Shown here: positions 19,813 to 30,941 of the stretch, piece after piece | How positions within the stretch are numbered: the stretch's first letter is position 1 | Layout of the letters: each line of letters opens with the position of its first letter | Assembly (NCBI GenBank): GCA_021163155.1 | Contig: JAGGXI010000014.1 | Span: 2,539 to 66,538 of the forward strand | Reading direction: 5' to 3' | Source: Candidatus Aerophobota bacterium | GTDB taxonomy: Bacteria > Aerophobota > Aerophobia > Aerophobales > JAGGXI01 | Length of the DNA: 64,000 bases | Notes under the pieces: model-generated | Seen by the model: only the letters and a program-made list of their open reading frames with translations | The model's database searches: none | Told to the model about the DNA's origin: nothing | Translations under genes and position numbers: made by a program

Positions 19813-20025
19813 TAAGGTAATATTTTTCCCACGCAGAGGGAAGATAAAGGGTAAAATTGGTAGCCGCGAGGCTCAGAGCCTGCGTCTCTTCTGCACAACC
19901 TAAACCCCATTAGATGTTACTACTATTTAGCGAGGTAAAGGTTGCGGCTACCCTGCCTTACCGACCAAACTCGACTGTAAATTTCCTTCTAAGCAGGGTG
20001 TTCACTGAGTATTTACCAAATCAGC
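19813..20025 (+). mobile_element. MITE-like dispersed element, copy A (family 1); only one terminal inverted repeat retained
   Basis: About 213 bp, matching the reverse complement of 59106-59308 nearly base for base. Contains the long imperfect hairpin ggtagccgcgaggctcagagcctgcg...ggttgcggctacc and the terminal gttcactgagtatttac. Confidence 0.6.
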
Positions 20026-20065
20026 GCAGTACTTAAAAGCGATGCCTTCCATTATATTTTGAAAT

Positions 20066-20983
20066 CTATATGTTATATCCTAAATCTTTCAATGATTCTG
20101 TATGTTTACGCCATTCCTTTTTTACTCTTACCCATAAATCTAAATAAATTTTACAACCAAAATGTTTTTCAATGTCTTTCCGCGCTAATTTTCCTATTTC
20201 TTTTATCATTTTTCCTTTTTTGCCAACGAGGATTCCTTTTTGGGAGATATGCTCCACGTAAATAGATGCTTTAATGTAGATTAAGTTTTCTTTTCTTTCC
20301 TTAAATTCTTCTACTTTCACCATTGTAGAATAAGGTATCTCCTGGTGAGTAAGAAGGTATATCTTTTCTCTAATCAATTCTGCTACTAAAATTCTTTCTG
20401 GTTGGTCTGTAATTAAATCTGAGGAGTAATAAGGTTCGTGAAAAGGAAGATATTGAATCATTTTTCCTGCAAGTATGGATAGATTTGTTCCTTTCTTTGC
20501 TGAAATAGGAATAATTTCTGTGAAAGGGAAAAGATTGTAGTAAATTTTACTTAGCTCATTTAAATAATCTTTATTTGTTTTGTCTATCTTGTTTATCACT
20601 AAAAATGCTATTTTTTTTAACTCTTTTAATTTTTGTAAAATAAATTTATCTTCTTCATCAGGAGGAAGAGAGTTTACCATTAATAGTATTATATCTACTC
20701 CTTCTATGCTTTTAATGGCTTCTTTAATGATATGTTTATCTACAAGAGTTTTAGCCTCTTCAGTATCCATTATTCCCGGTGTGTCCATAAAGACAATTTG
20801 GGCTTCATCAAAGGTTACTATTCCCTTAATGATATCTCGCGTAGTTTGTGGTAATGGAGAAATAATAGTAATTTTCTCTCCTACTAATTTGTTAATTAAA
20901 GTGGATTTACCTACATTAGGTTTTCCTATTAAGCTGACAAATCCAGATTTAAATTTTTCTTCTTTTATTTTCTTAGCAAACAA
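20066..20983 (-). CDS. era: GTPase Era
   Basis: 305-aa ORF. G1 GKPNVGKST, DTPG, NKID motifs and C-terminal KH domain. Confidence 0.95.
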   Translation of the reverse strand: MFAKKIKEEKFKSGFVSLIGKPNVGKSTLINKLVGEKITIISPLPQTTRDIIKGIVTFDEAQIVFMDTPGIMDTEEAKTLVDKHIIKEAIKSIEGVDIILLMVNSLPPDEEDKFILQKLKELKKIAFLVINKIDKTNKDYLNELSKIYYNLFPFTEIIPISAKKGTNLSILAGKMIQYLPFHEPYYSSDLITDQPERILVAELIREKIYLLTHQEIPYSTMVKVEEFKERKENLIYIKASIYVEHISQKGILVGKKGKMIKEIGKLARKDIEKHFGCKIYLDLWVRVKKEWRKHTESLKDLGYNI

Positions 20984-21044
20984 ATTTTTCCTCTCTTATT
21001 AATAATAGTTACAATAATTCAAAATAATCGGATGATTTTTAAGT

Positions 21045-22379
21045 TTAAAGTAAGGAGAAGTATTTTTTTAATTCATAGGAAGTAACCTGGGAACGATAAT
21101 TTTCCCATTCCATCTTTTTATTCTCTATCAATTTAAAGAAAAGGTGCTCTCCCAGTGTCTTTTTTAACCAATCACTTTTTTCTGCTATTTTTATAGCTTC
21201 CCATAAATTTTCTGGAAGATGAGTTATCCCTGCCTTCTTTCGTTCCTCCTCATCCATTTTGTACACATTTCTGTTTATAGGCTCTGCAAGACTATATTTT
21301 TTTTCAATTCCCTCCAATCCGGCTGAGAGCATTGCGGCGAAAGCTAAATAAGGATTACAAGCAGGGTCTGGAGATCTAAGTTCTATACGCACGCCATCTT
21401 CTTTACCCGGATTATAACCAGGTATTCTAATGAGGTCAGATCTATTTTTAAAGGCCCAGGAAAGATAAACTGGAGCCTCATACCCGGGGACCAATCGTTT
21501 ATACGAGTTAACCCATTGATTGGTAATCAAGGTAAATTCACATATATGTTTTAACAAGCCCGCAATATATCTTTTTGCAATCTCCGAAAGGTAATGTTTA
21601 TTTTGAGGGTCAAAGAAAACATTTTTTTCTCCTTTAAAAAGAGATTGATGAATATGTAGTCCACTACCATTTTCTTCATATACAGGCTTTGGCATAAAAG
21701 TAGCATAAAGATTGTTTTTTAAGGCTATTTCTTTAATTATTAAACGGGAAATCATAATGTTATCAGCTATAGTTAAAGCATCAGTATATTTTAAATCTAT
21801 TTCTTGTTGGCTTGAAGCTGCCTCATGATGAGAACACTCCACCTCTATCCCCATCTTCTCTAAGGTAAAGACTGTTTGGTTGCGGATGTTACTTGCTGCG
21901 TCTGGAGGAGTTAAATCGAAGTAACCTCCCTTATCTAATCCCTTGGGAGGTATTTGAGGAGAATGAAAATAAAAATATTCCAATTCCGGCCCTACATAAA
22001 AAGTATATCCTAATTTGGATGCTTTTTTTAAATTTTTCTTTAATATATAACGAGGATATCCCGGATAAGGTGCTCCATCAGGTTCAAGGATATCACAAAA
22101 TATCATAGCTATTTTCCCTGCCTCAGAGGAGTTTTGTGAGGAGATAAAAAAAGCAGAAGGATCGGGCATAGCTATCATATCGCTTTCCTCAATGCGAACA
22201 AAACCTTCTATAGATGACCCATCAAATCCGAATCCCTCTTCTAAAACACTTTTTAGTTTTTCAGGAGTAATAGTAAAGCTTTTCAAAAAACCTAATATAT
22301 CAGTAAAACAGAGTTGAATAAACCTTACCCCTTGTTTTTTTATTTCTTCCAAAACCCTCTCTCTGTTTGCATTTTTCAT
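21045..22379 (-). CDS. glnA: Glutamine synthetase type I
   Basis: GS beta-grasp and catalytic domain motifs (ASNIRNQ-like, GSGLHIHQS, the NRSDLIRIP adenylylation-region equivalent). ATG at 22379 is preceded by AGAGG; the ORF track extends to the TTG at 22400. Confidence 0.95.
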   Translation of the reverse strand: MKNANRERVLEEIKKQGVRFIQLCFTDILGFLKSFTITPEKLKSVLEEGFGFDGSSIEGFVRIEESDMIAMPDPSAFFISSQNSSEAGKIAMIFCDILEPDGAPYPGYPRYILKKNLKKASKLGYTFYVGPELEYFYFHSPQIPPKGLDKGGYFDLTPPDAASNIRNQTVFTLEKMGIEVECSHHEAASSQQEIDLKYTDALTIADNIMISRLIIKEIALKNNLYATFMPKPVYEENGSGLHIHQSLFKGEKNVFFDPQNKHYLSEIAKRYIAGLLKHICEFTLITNQWVNSYKRLVPGYEAPVYLSWAFKNRSDLIRIPGYNPGKEDGVRIELRSPDPACNPYLAFAAMLSAGLEGIEKKYSLAEPINRNVYKMDEEERKKAGITHLPENLWEAIKIAEKSDWLKKTLGEHLFFKLIENKKMEWENYRSQVTSYELKKYFSLL

Positions 22380-22446
22380 TTTTAAACCTCTTTTTTGCAA
22401 AATTATATTTTATTCCCTTATCAAAAGTTACTTTTCCTCTATTTTT

Positions 22447-22707
22447 CTAATTATCTTTTTGATGATTATATTCTTTGATAACCATTTCTTGAATTAATTT
22501 TCGTAGTTCTTGATTAACAGGGTAGGCAGTATCTATAAATTCTCCGTTAGGCAATTTACGGGATGGCATAGCAACGAAAGGCCCATTCTTTCCCTGAATA
22601 ATTTTTAGCCCATGTATACGAAAAGAGTTATCAAAAGTGATAGTTGCCCAAGCTTTGAATTTATCTTTTCCTTCAACCTTCCTTATTATTACTTCTGAGA
22701 TTTTCAA
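22447..22707 (-). CDS. spoVG: Septation protein SpoVG
   Basis: 86-aa ORF MKISEVIIRKVEGKDKFKAWATITFDNSFRIHGLKIIQGKNGPFVAMPS, a strong SpoVG match. Confidence 0.9.
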   Translation of the reverse strand: MKISEVIIRKVEGKDKFKAWATITFDNSFRIHGLKIIQGKNGPFVAMPSRKLPNGEFIDTAYPVNQELRKLIQEMVIKEYNHQKDN

Positions 22708-23581
22708 CCTTCTCCTCCTTTAGACTTTTGTCTGTGGGTTGGACTAAATAGACCTTCCCCCTGTTTTGTAGTTTATGTAATATATATTTTGCTTTTTCTC
22801 TGTTTTCCACTATGGTAAAGATAGTAGAACCGCTTCCTGTCATTAAAGAGCCTTTTGCTCCCATAATTAGCATTTCTCTTTTAATCTCTTTGATTAAAGG
22901 AAACTTTTCCATAACTACTTCTTCTAATTTATTGTATAAGAAAGGTGACAACCCCATTAATCCTTCTTTTTCTATTAACTCATTAATTAGTTTAATATTT
23001 AATTTTTTTTTTGTCAATTTTACTTTTACCTTTTTATATGCCCAAGAAGTAGAGATAGGAATTTGGGGGTACAATAGAATTATCCATCCGTCTTTTATAG
23101 AAAGAAGAGGAGTAATCTTTTCTCCTTTTCCCCTAACAAGAGCTGTTCCTCCTTTTAAACAAAAAGGAATATCTGCTCCTAATTCATTAGCCCATTTTAA
23201 AAGATCTGAAGACTCAACTTTTGTCTGAAAGAGTTTATCCATACCTACCAATGTAGCTGCAGCATCAGCACTTCCTCCCCCTAATCCTGCTCCTGAAGGA
23301 ATGGTTTTATAAATTTCTATCTCTAATCCCTCTTTTATTTTTGTTCGCTTAAAGAACAGATTTGCCGCACGCCAACAAAGATTTTTTTCATTTAGAGGAA
23401 TTTTAGAGTTATTTGAAATGATTTTAATATTTTTCTTTATAGGCCTTAAAGTGATTTTGTCGGATAATGTTACCGATTGCATTATAGACTCAATTTTATG
23501 GTAACCATTTCTATATTTTCCTAATACATTTAAATAAAGGTTGATTTTTCCTGCTGCCCAAATTATTAATTTTTTTTTCAT
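22673..23581 (-). CDS. ispE: 4-diphosphocytidyl-2-C-methyl-D-erythritol kinase
   Basis: 302-aa ORF. GHMP-kinase motif IPSGAGLGGGSADAAA and C-terminal GSGSTIF. The 3' end overlaps the spoVG start by 35 nt. Confidence 0.9.
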   Translation of the reverse strand: MKKKLIIWAAGKINLYLNVLGKYRNGYHKIESIMQSVTLSDKITLRPIKKNIKIISNNSKIPLNEKNLCWRAANLFFKRTKIKEGLEIEIYKTIPSGAGLGGGSADAAATLVGMDKLFQTKVESSDLLKWANELGADIPFCLKGGTALVRGKGEKITPLLSIKDGWIILLYPQIPISTSWAYKKVKVKLTKKKLNIKLINELIEKEGLMGLSPFLYNKLEEVVMEKFPLIKEIKREMLIMGAKGSLMTGSGSTIFTIVENREKAKYILHKLQNRGKVYLVQPTDKSLKEEKVENLRSNNKEG

Positions 23582-23649
23582 CTAAAATTTTATCCCTGGT
23601 TTGATAAACTATTAAAATTCTTTTTAAGTGATTTTTTGCATTTATCATG

Positions 23650-25038
23650 CTATTTTCCAATGCAAAAGTGCGAGAAGATATTATTCAATATTTTCTCATT
23701 TATCTCTTTTCCTGTAATTTCTCCTAATCTTTTTAATCCTTCCCTCAACTCAAAGGATATTAATTCCCTGGGTAGGTTCTTGTCAATTCCCTGCAAGGCC
23801 CTGTTTATATTTTTTTTTACTTTTTCTAAGATTTTTTTCTGTCTTAAGTTTACTGTAATACGGCTATCAGAGAAAGAGGGAACAATCTCCTTTAACATAA
23901 GATTGGCTACTTTTTGTATAAGTTTTTGTAAATTAATCTCCTCTTTAGCAGAGATTTCGATTATCTTTTCTTCTGGGAATAAAGAGACAACCTTTTCTTT
24001 ATCTATTCTCTGAGGAAGATCAATCTTATTTATAACTGCTAATGTTTCCCTCTTTTTTATCTTTTTAAATAAGTAGTTATCTTCTCCATTTAAGGGAAGA
24101 GATCCATCCAGCATTAATAATGTTATATCTGCTTCTTCTAATTTTAAATATGTTCGTTCAAGAGCCTCTTTTTCTACAGCATTTTTTGTTTTTTTTAATC
24201 CTGCTGTATCAATGATTCGTAGGGGGAATCCTTTTATATTTATCATCTCTTCAATTGTGTCCCGAGTAGTTCCAGGTATAGGGGTAACAATGGCCCTCTC
24301 TCTTTGAAGTAAAGCATTTAAAAGCGTAGATTTGCCTACATTGGGTTTTCCAGTAATAACTACTTTGACCCCCTCTCGATAAATCTTATCCATTTGGTTC
24401 ATCTCAAGCAGAGAATTAATGTCAACTAAGATTTTATAAAGATGTTTTTTTGCTTCTTTTGGAGATAAAAACTTTATATCTTCATAAGCAAAGTCTATCT
24501 CTGCTTCAAAGTCCGACAAAAGTTTTATAATTTCCTCTTCAAGGAAGTTAATTTTTTTAGAGAGTCCTCCCTCTAATTGATTCAAGGCAGCTTCTAATCC
24601 CTTTTCTGTTTTTGCTTGTACAATATCTAATACACTTTCTGCTTGTGTGAGGTCGATTCTCCCATTCAAAAAGGCTCTTTTTGTAAATTCCCCTGGTTCA
24701 GCTAAACGAGCTCCCCATTTTAATGTAAGATTCAGAATCTTTCTTAAGGAGACAGAACCCCCATGACAGTTTATCTCAACTATATCTTCACGAGTATAAG
24801 TTTTTGGTGCACGCATTAAAGTAAGCAATACTTCATCTACATATTCCCCTGTTTTTGGATTAATTATCCATCCATAATGAATTGTAAAAGAAGATTTCCA
24901 GTTGATTTTTCTATCCTGAGGGGGTTGAAAAATTTTCTTGGCTACAGATATTGATTGGCTTCCACTCATTCTTACAATTCCTATGCCTGAATATCCCAAA
25001 GGAGTGGCAATAGCAGATATTGTGTCATTTAAACTCAT
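23650..25038 (-). CDS. mnmE: tRNA modification GTPase MnmE/TrmE
   Basis: 462-aa ORF. N-terminal THF-binding domain, G-domain GKPNVGKSTLLNAL, C-terminal CIGK. Confidence 0.95.
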   Translation of the reverse strand: MSLNDTISAIATPLGYSGIGIVRMSGSQSISVAKKIFQPPQDRKINWKSSFTIHYGWIINPKTGEYVDEVLLTLMRAPKTYTREDIVEINCHGGSVSLRKILNLTLKWGARLAEPGEFTKRAFLNGRIDLTQAESVLDIVQAKTEKGLEAALNQLEGGLSKKINFLEEEIIKLLSDFEAEIDFAYEDIKFLSPKEAKKHLYKILVDINSLLEMNQMDKIYREGVKVVITGKPNVGKSTLLNALLQRERAIVTPIPGTTRDTIEEMINIKGFPLRIIDTAGLKKTKNAVEKEALERTYLKLEEADITLLMLDGSLPLNGEDNYLFKKIKKRETLAVINKIDLPQRIDKEKVVSLFPEEKIIEISAKEEINLQKLIQKVANLMLKEIVPSFSDSRITVNLRQKKILEKVKKNINRALQGIDKNLPRELISFELREGLKRLGEITGKEINEKILNNIFSHFCIGK

Positions 25039-25042
25039 TGTT

Positions 25043-26554
25043 TTATCCCTTTTTTACAGCAAGGTTCGACGATTTTTTAGAAATAAAAAACTGTTGGAGA
25101 GTAGAAAACAGGCTGGAAACAAACCAATAAAGCATTACTCCTGAAGGAAGTGACCAAAGGATAACAATAAGAAAAATAGGGAAAAACTGCATTATTTTAC
25201 TTAACCCTTCTTGTTGTCCTCCCCTGGGTTGCATTTTTTGCATTGCTCTTTGCTGAAGAAACATAACTACTCCCAATATTAAAAGTAGGGGTATATTAGG
25301 TTTGCTTAAATCAGGTATCCAAAGAAATGATGGATTTTCAGAGAAATCGAAGTTGAGAAGCGCTCTGTAAAGGATGAATATAACAGGAAGTTGGACTACC
25401 ATTGGTAGACATCCGCTCATAGGGTTGACTCCGTATTGTTTATATATACCCATCATCTCTACTTGCAATCTTTTAGGGTCATTCTTAAACTTTTTTTGAA
25501 TGGCTGCTATATGCGGTTGCACTTTTTGCATCTTTCCCATAGACTCATATTGCTTAAAGGTTAAAGGAGATAATACTCCATAGATAAGAAGAGTTAAAAG
25601 AATAATAGCTATTCCATAGTTATGAGTAAAACTGTAAAGAAAAAGAAGAACTTTAATCAATCCTATGGAAAGGTAACTCCATAAATTGTATGCACCTGCC
25701 TTTGTTAAATGATAATCCTCTCCATTTATCTTTTTTATCTTTTCATTAATTGTTCTCAGTTGAAAATAATCTTGAGGTCCTCCGTAAATTACCCATTCAC
25801 TCTTAAGTTTATTATGCTTAAATCCCCAGGAATTATCTTTGAATACTCCTGCCAAAGGTTGGTTTAAGGAAGCGAGTATTACTATTAAGTCCTTTTTTTG
25901 CCTGATTCCCATCCACTGTATCCCTTTAGGATATTTTGGTTTAACACCCTGTTTCTTTTCTTCATCGATAACTCCTCTAAAAGAGGCTAATCTTTCTTCA
26001 TCTTCATATTTCTCTCCTATTCCTCCTTGCCAGCTAAGTTCATATTCAGTCAATTGCGGAAAACCTTCTGTTTTAATAGTGAGCAATCCATAATATTTTT
26101 TTTGAGGAATCTTGAAAATTTTAATTATTTTATATTTATTATCCTTACTTTCCCAACTACAAATAGCTTCTTCCCCCTTATCATCTATTTTAATCTGGAA
26201 ATTTTCTCTATTTAAATCTATGTTTTCACCGGAGGGTAAAAATAAGTTTAACCCTAAAGCAGAGGCTCCTTTTTTGATTAGCTCTTTTTTAGATTTCTTT
26301 ATATACCAGGACTTAACTACTCCCCCCTTAGAATTAATAGTTATTTTTAAAGCACCATTTTCCATAGTAAATTCTTTCCCTTCTCCCCATTCAGAAGGTA
26401 TCTCTGAGAAAAGAGTTTTTGTTTCCCTTTCTTGTGTTACAGAGGGGATTTCTTTCTTATTCTCTGGAGAGGGCGTACGGGTGGATACCAAAAAGTTATA
26501 GCCAATAAGTATTATTACGGATAATACTGTAGCTAAAATTACATTTTTTTCCAT
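25043..26554 (-). CDS. yidC: Membrane protein insertase YidC
   Basis: 503-aa ORF. N-terminal TM, periplasmic domain, C-terminal 60-kDa-IMP core (multi-TM, ends with a basic tail). Gene order yidD-yidC-mnmE. Confidence 0.9.
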   Translation of the reverse strand: MEKNVILATVLSVIILIGYNFLVSTRTPSPENKKEIPSVTQERETKTLFSEIPSEWGEGKEFTMENGALKITINSKGGVVKSWYIKKSKKELIKKGASALGLNLFLPSGENIDLNRENFQIKIDDKGEEAICSWESKDNKYKIIKIFKIPQKKYYGLLTIKTEGFPQLTEYELSWQGGIGEKYEDEERLASFRGVIDEEKKQGVKPKYPKGIQWMGIRQKKDLIVILASLNQPLAGVFKDNSWGFKHNKLKSEWVIYGGPQDYFQLRTINEKIKKINGEDYHLTKAGAYNLWSYLSIGLIKVLLFLYSFTHNYGIAIILLTLLIYGVLSPLTFKQYESMGKMQKVQPHIAAIQKKFKNDPKRLQVEMMGIYKQYGVNPMSGCLPMVVQLPVIFILYRALLNFDFSENPSFLWIPDLSKPNIPLLLILGVVMFLQQRAMQKMQPRGGQQEGLSKIMQFFPIFLIVILWSLPSGVMLYWFVSSLFSTLQQFFISKKSSNLAVKKG

Positions 26555-26567
26555 AAATTTGTCTCCT

Positions 26568-26810
26568 TTATTTTAAAGGGTCATAACCTCCAGGATTAAA
26601 AGGGTGACATCTTAATATCCTCTTTATTCCTAAATATCCTCCTTTTATTAATCCATATTTTTTTATAGCTTCCAATGTATATTGAGAACAAGTAGGATAA
26701 AATCTACAAGAAGGAGGAAAAAGAGGAGAAACACACCTCTGGTAAAATCTTATTAACCCTATTCCTATATTTTTCCCTATTTTTTTAAACATCTGTTTTT
26801 TATCTTCCAA
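26568..26810 (-). CDS. yidD: Membrane protein insertion efficiency factor YidD
   Basis: 80-aa [34 protein letters not shown] is the conserved YidD/haemolytic-domain motif. Confidence 0.85.
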   Translation of the reverse strand: MEDKKQMFKKIGKNIGIGLIRFYQRCVSPLFPPSCRFYPTCSQYTLEAIKKYGLIKGGYLGIKRILRCHPFNPGGYDPLK

Positions 26811-26942
26811 GCTTTTTTAATTATACTTTATTTTAGCTTTTGTCAAGCAAGCGGTTTTTTTGACTTTTTTTTCATTTTTTGATATAATAAAAATTGGTTA
26901 ATAGTTAAACTTACAAGTTGCATAAAACGCAGGCTCTGAGAT

Positions 26943-27173
26943 TTGCATTTACCTGAAGGAAGGCAGGAAATGAAAATGAGAAAAAGTCAAATTGTCTGGA
27001 GTTGTATTTTTATAGTTCTGGGCATTTTGCTGTTGATGCTTAATTATGGAGTCATTTCCTGGAAAGCGATAAAGGATTGGTGGAAGTTATGGCCATTAGT
27101 TTTTATAATTATAGGAATTGGAATAATATTGTCTGCTAAAAGGGAAAAAAAGATAGAGGAAGAGAAGAAATGA
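26943..27173 (+). CDS. Small two-TM membrane protein, function unknown
   Basis: 76-aa ORF with two hydrophobic helices and a lysine-rich tail. Its stop overlaps the downstream ybjQ-like start. Confidence 0.4.
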   Translation: MHLPEGRQEMKMRKSQIVWSCIFIVLGILLLMLNYGVISWKAIKDWWKLWPLVFIIIGIGIILSAKREKKIEEEKK

Positions 27174-27490
27174 AGCTTACTAACACAGATTTTATACCGG
27201 GATATGAAATAAAAGAGGCATTAGGATTAGTGCTGGGAAACACAGTAAGGGCGAAACATCTTGGAAAGGACATCATGGCAGGCTTTAAGAACATTGTGGG
27301 AGGAGAAATTCAAGAATATACGGATTTATTAGCCGATGCCAGGAAGGAGACACTAAATAGAATGGTCAATGAGGCTAAAAAGCTCGGGGCTGATGCTGTA
27401 ATAAATGTGAGGTTTATGACTACCCAGACAATGGGAGGAGCGGCTGAGCTTTTAGCCTATGGGACAGCGGTTAAGTTAGCAAAGAGGTAG
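27170..27490 (+). CDS. UPF0145/YbjQ-family protein
   Basis: 106-aa ORF. IPGYEI...GAD(A)VINVRF...GTAVKL pattern of the YbjQ/DUF74 family. Confidence 0.8.
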   Translation: MKLTNTDFIPGYEIKEALGLVLGNTVRAKHLGKDIMAGFKNIVGGEIQEYTDLLADARKETLNRMVNEAKKLGADAVINVRFMTTQTMGGAAELLAYGTAVKLAKR

Positions 27491-27718
27491 CTAACCCCCG
27501 GATTTAGCACTTTAATTGTTGCTCTGGGAAGCGTGCGTCTACTTTTATTTTATGTTGTGTATCTCGCATGAGACATTGATAAGGTTAGAGTATGGACTAA
27601 GCGTTGGATTAAAGGGTCTGCTTTTATCAAGTTCCCATATTTTTGGTGAGCAACTTAATAATCTTAATACTTTGGTAAACCTGGTCTAAAATGATAAATA
27701 ATATAATAGGAGGGAAAA

Positions 27719-28012
27719 ATGGAAAAATTATTAAGAGATATTTTTTTAGCAGGCATAGGTGTTTTAAGTCTTACTAAAGAAAAAGCAGAAGAGATTGTAG
27801 AAGAGTTGATAAAGTTAGGGAAAATAACGGAGGAAGAAGAAGGAACTTTGTTAGAAGAGCTGATTAAAAGAGGAGAAAAGCAAAAAAAAGAGATAGATAA
27901 AAAAGTAGAAGACAATGTTAAGAAGGTAATTTCTCAATTGAAAGTAGCCACCAAAGAAGATGTTGAGCGATTAGAGAAAAAGATAGAAGATTTAAAGAAA
28001 AAGTTGAGTTAG
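27719..28012 (+). CDS. Phasin-like coiled-coil protein
   Basis: 97-aa ORF, Lys/Glu-rich heptad-like, with N-terminal FLAGIGVLSLTKEKAEEIVEELIK resembling phasin/granule-associated proteins. GGAGGGAAAA precedes the start. Confidence 0.4.
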   Translation: MEKLLRDIFLAGIGVLSLTKEKAEEIVEELIKLGKITEEEEGTLLEELIKRGEKQKKEIDKKVEDNVKKVISQLKVATKEDVERLEKKIEDLKKKLS

Positions 28013-28069
28013 GGCGTAGGATTGACAAAAAATGGTCTTGTGTTAATATCTTCACAAAGAGAAAGATAA

Positions 28070-29350
28070 GTGGGCAAAAAAATATTGCATATCGGTTTAT
28101 TTGGGTTAGGTACTGTAGGAGGAGGAGTGGTAAAGCTTTTGTCAAGAATGAAAAATGAGAATAATAAAGATTATGAATTTATTTTGGATAAAGTTGCTGT
28201 AAAGCATCCTAAAAAGCGGAGATCAGTTGCTATCTCTCCCCATCTTTTGACTGACAATCCTCAAGAGATTTTAGAAAATCCAAAAATTGACATAGTAATT
28301 GAGGCGATAGGAGGAATAAATCAAAGTAAGAAGATAATTTTACAAGCTTTAAGGAACGGTAAAAATGTAATTACTGCCAACAAGGCCCTATTGGCTAAAG
28401 AGGGAGAATTAATTTTTAATGAGGCTATAAGAAATAATTGTTATTTAGGAATAAGAGCCTCCAATAATGCTGTTTATCGCCTTGCAGAAAATTTAATATT
28501 TTCTCCTTTTAAGATGAAGAAATTAATAGGAATTTTTAATGGAACTTCTAATTATATATTAACACAAATGGAGAGAAAAAGAGAAGATTTTTCTTCTGCT
28601 CTTAAAAAAGCTCAAGCAATCGGTTATGCTGAACAAAACCCCTCTGATGATGTTGATGGTTATGATACAGCCAATAAATTAATAGTTTTGATAGGTTTGG
28701 TCTTTGGTTATTTTATACCAGCGGAATCTCTTTTTATTGAGGGAATTAGAAAAATTTCCTATAAAGATATTCTGTTTGCTAAGGAATTGGGTTATAAGAT
28801 TAAACTTCTTGCTATTGCTCAAAGAAAAGGGGAAGAATTGGAAGTACGAGTTCATCCTGCTCTTCTTATAAGAGATAAAGGAATAGCTCGATTAAATGGG
28901 ATAGAGAATGGAGTAGAAGTGAGGGATGAAATAGGAGTAGAAGTGGGAATGCAAGCTCCCGGTGCAGGCAAGTATCCTACCGCTATGGCTGTATTAGAAG
29001 ATTTAGTCTATATAGCGAATGGACGAAAGACATCTTTTCCCTGGCAAAAGAAACAATTAAATTTAAAAGATATGAATGAAATAAAAACTGAATACTATTT
29101 GAGATTTAATGTTTTAGACAGGGTTGGAGTTTTAGCAAAGATTTCTGGAATATTAGGAAATCATGATATAAGTATCAATTCGGTTATACAAAAAGGGAGA
29201 GGGAAGGGATTAAATAATGCAGTCTCTATAATAATGCTTACTCATAAGGCGAAAGAGAGGGATATTCAAAACTCCCTTCGAGAAATAAATAATTTACCCA
29301 TAGTACGAGAAAAGCCCTTATTAATTCGTGTAGAAGAAGGTATTTGTTAA
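28070..29350 (+). CDS. hom: Homoserine dehydrogenase
   Basis: 426-aa ORF. N-terminal NAD-binding GLGTVGGGV, catalytic domain, C-terminal ACT domain. Confidence 0.9.
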   Translation: MGKKILHIGLFGLGTVGGGVVKLLSRMKNENNKDYEFILDKVAVKHPKKRRSVAISPHLLTDNPQEILENPKIDIVIEAIGGINQSKKIILQALRNGKNVITANKALLAKEGELIFNEAIRNNCYLGIRASNNAVYRLAENLIFSPFKMKKLIGIFNGTSNYILTQMERKREDFSSALKKAQAIGYAEQNPSDDVDGYDTANKLIVLIGLVFGYFIPAESLFIEGIRKISYKDILFAKELGYKIKLLAIAQRKGEELEVRVHPALLIRDKGIARLNGIENGVEVRDEIGVEVGMQAPGAGKYPTAMAVLEDLVYIANGRKTSFPWQKKQLNLKDMNEIKTEYYLRFNVLDRVGVLAKISGILGNHDISINSVIQKGRGKGLNNAVSIIMLTHKAKERDIQNSLREINNLPIVREKPLLIRVEEGIC

Positions 29351-29364
29351 GGAGGAAAACAGTA

Positions 29365-30276
29365 ATGTCTGTGACTACAATGAAAGAGTTGTTGGAAGCA
29401 GGGGCGCATTTTGGTCATCAAAAGAGTGCGTGGAATCCCAAAATGGAGCCTTATATTTATCAGCAAAGAAATAAGATGCATATTATTGACTTAAGGAAAA
29501 CTGTGAAGATGATAGATGAAGCTTGCAGGTTTGTAAGGGATTTAGCATTAAAAGAGGGAAAAATATTATTTGTGGGGACAAAACATCAGGCAAGGAGAGC
29601 TATCAATGAACAGGCAAAAAGGTGTGCATCTTTTTATGTTAATAATCGATGGATAGGTGGATTTTTAACAAACTTTTCTACTATAAAAAAGAGAATAGAG
29701 AAGTTGGAGCAGTTAGAGAAAGAAGAAAAAGAGGGACAATGGAAAATATTACCTAAAAAGGAAGAGATGCATCTACGCAAGAAGATGGAAAAGCTTAGAC
29801 GAAATTTCAATGGAGTGAGAGGAATGGATAAACTTCCAGAGGCTATTTTTGTTACTGATTTAAAAGTGGAATGGACAGCAGTTCAAGAAGCAAGGAAACT
29901 GAATATTCCTATTGTAGGTATTGTTGATTCTAACTGTGATCCTGTTTTAGTGGATTATCTTATCCCTGCTAACGATGATGCTATAAAAAGCATTGAATTA
30001 ATTACAAGTAAGATAGCTGATGCTGTTTTGGAGGGAAGAGAGATTCTTAATAAAAAGAAAGAGCAGATTGAAGAAGGAGCAGAAGAAGAGAAAAAAGACG
30101 AAGAGGCAATAAAAATAGAACAGGAACTCAAGGTTGTAACAAAGGAAAAAGAGGATCAGGAAGAGGATGTAGAAAAGAAAAAATCTAAAGAAAATGTAAA
30201 TGTAATAAAAAAAGAAGTTAAAACAGAGAATATAATAGAAGAAGTTTCGGTAGAACATAATAAAGGGGTAGTTTAA
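29365..30276 (+). CDS. rpsB: 30S ribosomal protein S2, with a Lys/Glu-rich C-terminal extension
   Basis: [19 protein letters not shown], the S2 signature. The ATG at 29365 follows GGAGG. The last about 70 aa are a low-complexity KE-rich tail. Confidence 0.95.
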   Translation: MSVTTMKELLEAGAHFGHQKSAWNPKMEPYIYQQRNKMHIIDLRKTVKMIDEACRFVRDLALKEGKILFVGTKHQARRAINEQAKRCASFYVNNRWIGGFLTNFSTIKKRIEKLEQLEKEEKEGQWKILPKKEEMHLRKKMEKLRRNFNGVRGMDKLPEAIFVTDLKVEWTAVQEARKLNIPIVGIVDSNCDPVLVDYLIPANDDAIKSIELITSKIADAVLEGREILNKKKEQIEEGAEEEKKDEEAIKIEQELKVVTKEKEDQEEDVEKKKSKENVNVIKKEVKTENIIEEVSVEHNKGVV

Positions 30277-30331
30277 GATAAAGAGATGATTAAGGATGGA
30301 GAAGCAGAAAAAGAGATGGAGGAATAAGTTG

Positions 30332-30919
30332 ATGAATATTTCAATGGAGAAAGTAAAGAGATTAAGGGAAGAGACATTAGCAGGTATTCTTGATTGTAAG
30401 CAAGCTCTTGAGGAGACAAAAGGTGACATTGAAAGGGCAAAAAAGATATTAAGAGAGAAAGGGACAAAAATTGCTGAGAAAAAAGTTGGCAAAAAAACTA
30501 CTCAAGGTGCTATTGTTTCTTATATTCATCATAATGGAAAAATAGGAACGATGGTAGAAATTCATTGTCAGTCAGATTTTGTAGCAAGAAATGCTAGCTT
30601 CCAAAAATTTGCAAAAGATATAGCTATGCATATTACTGCTTTTAATCCTCGTTGGATTTCTTCTCAAGATATTCCGGAATCGGTAATGGAAGAGGAAAAA
30701 TCTATTATTAAAATTCAAGCAGAAAAGCAAGGTAAGCCCCCAAAAATTGTAGAAAAAATTGTAGAAGGTAAGATTAAAGCTTTTTATAAAGAAGTATGTT
30801 TGTTAGAGCAGCCCTTTTTCAAAGAGGAAAAGATGACGGTTAAGGATTATCTACAGCAGTTTATAGCTAAAGTGAGTGAAAATGTGAAGATTCATCGTTT
30901 TGTAAGATATGAATTATAA
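30332..30919 (+). CDS. tsf: Elongation factor Ts
   Basis: MEKVKRLREETLAGILDCKQALEETKGDIERA is the EF-Ts N-terminal UBA-like motif. Start assigned to the ATG at 30332, 9 nt after GGAGG; the ORF track starts at 30296. Confidence 0.9.
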   Translation: MNISMEKVKRLREETLAGILDCKQALEETKGDIERAKKILREKGTKIAEKKVGKKTTQGAIVSYIHHNGKIGTMVEIHCQSDFVARNASFQKFAKDIAMHITAFNPRWISSQDIPESVMEEEKSIIKIQAEKQGKPPKIVEKIVEGKIKAFYKEVCLLEQPFFKEEKMTVKDYLQQFIAKVSENVKIHRFVRYEL

Positions 30920-30941
30920 AAGAAGAGTTCAAGGATAATTA

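Noticed and set aside
22673-22707. The 35-nt overlap between the ispE 3' end and the spoVG start as a frameshift or fusion signal.
   Set aside because: The two genes are in different frames with intact, separately recognisable products. Short overlaps are common, and the spoVG start may simply be a downstream codon.
26811-26942. The expected rnpA/rpmH upstream of yidD-yidC.
   Set aside because: Only about 130 bp of AT-rich intergenic DNA lies there. No RnpA-like ORF is present, and rpmH is too short to judge. They presumably sit elsewhere in the genome.
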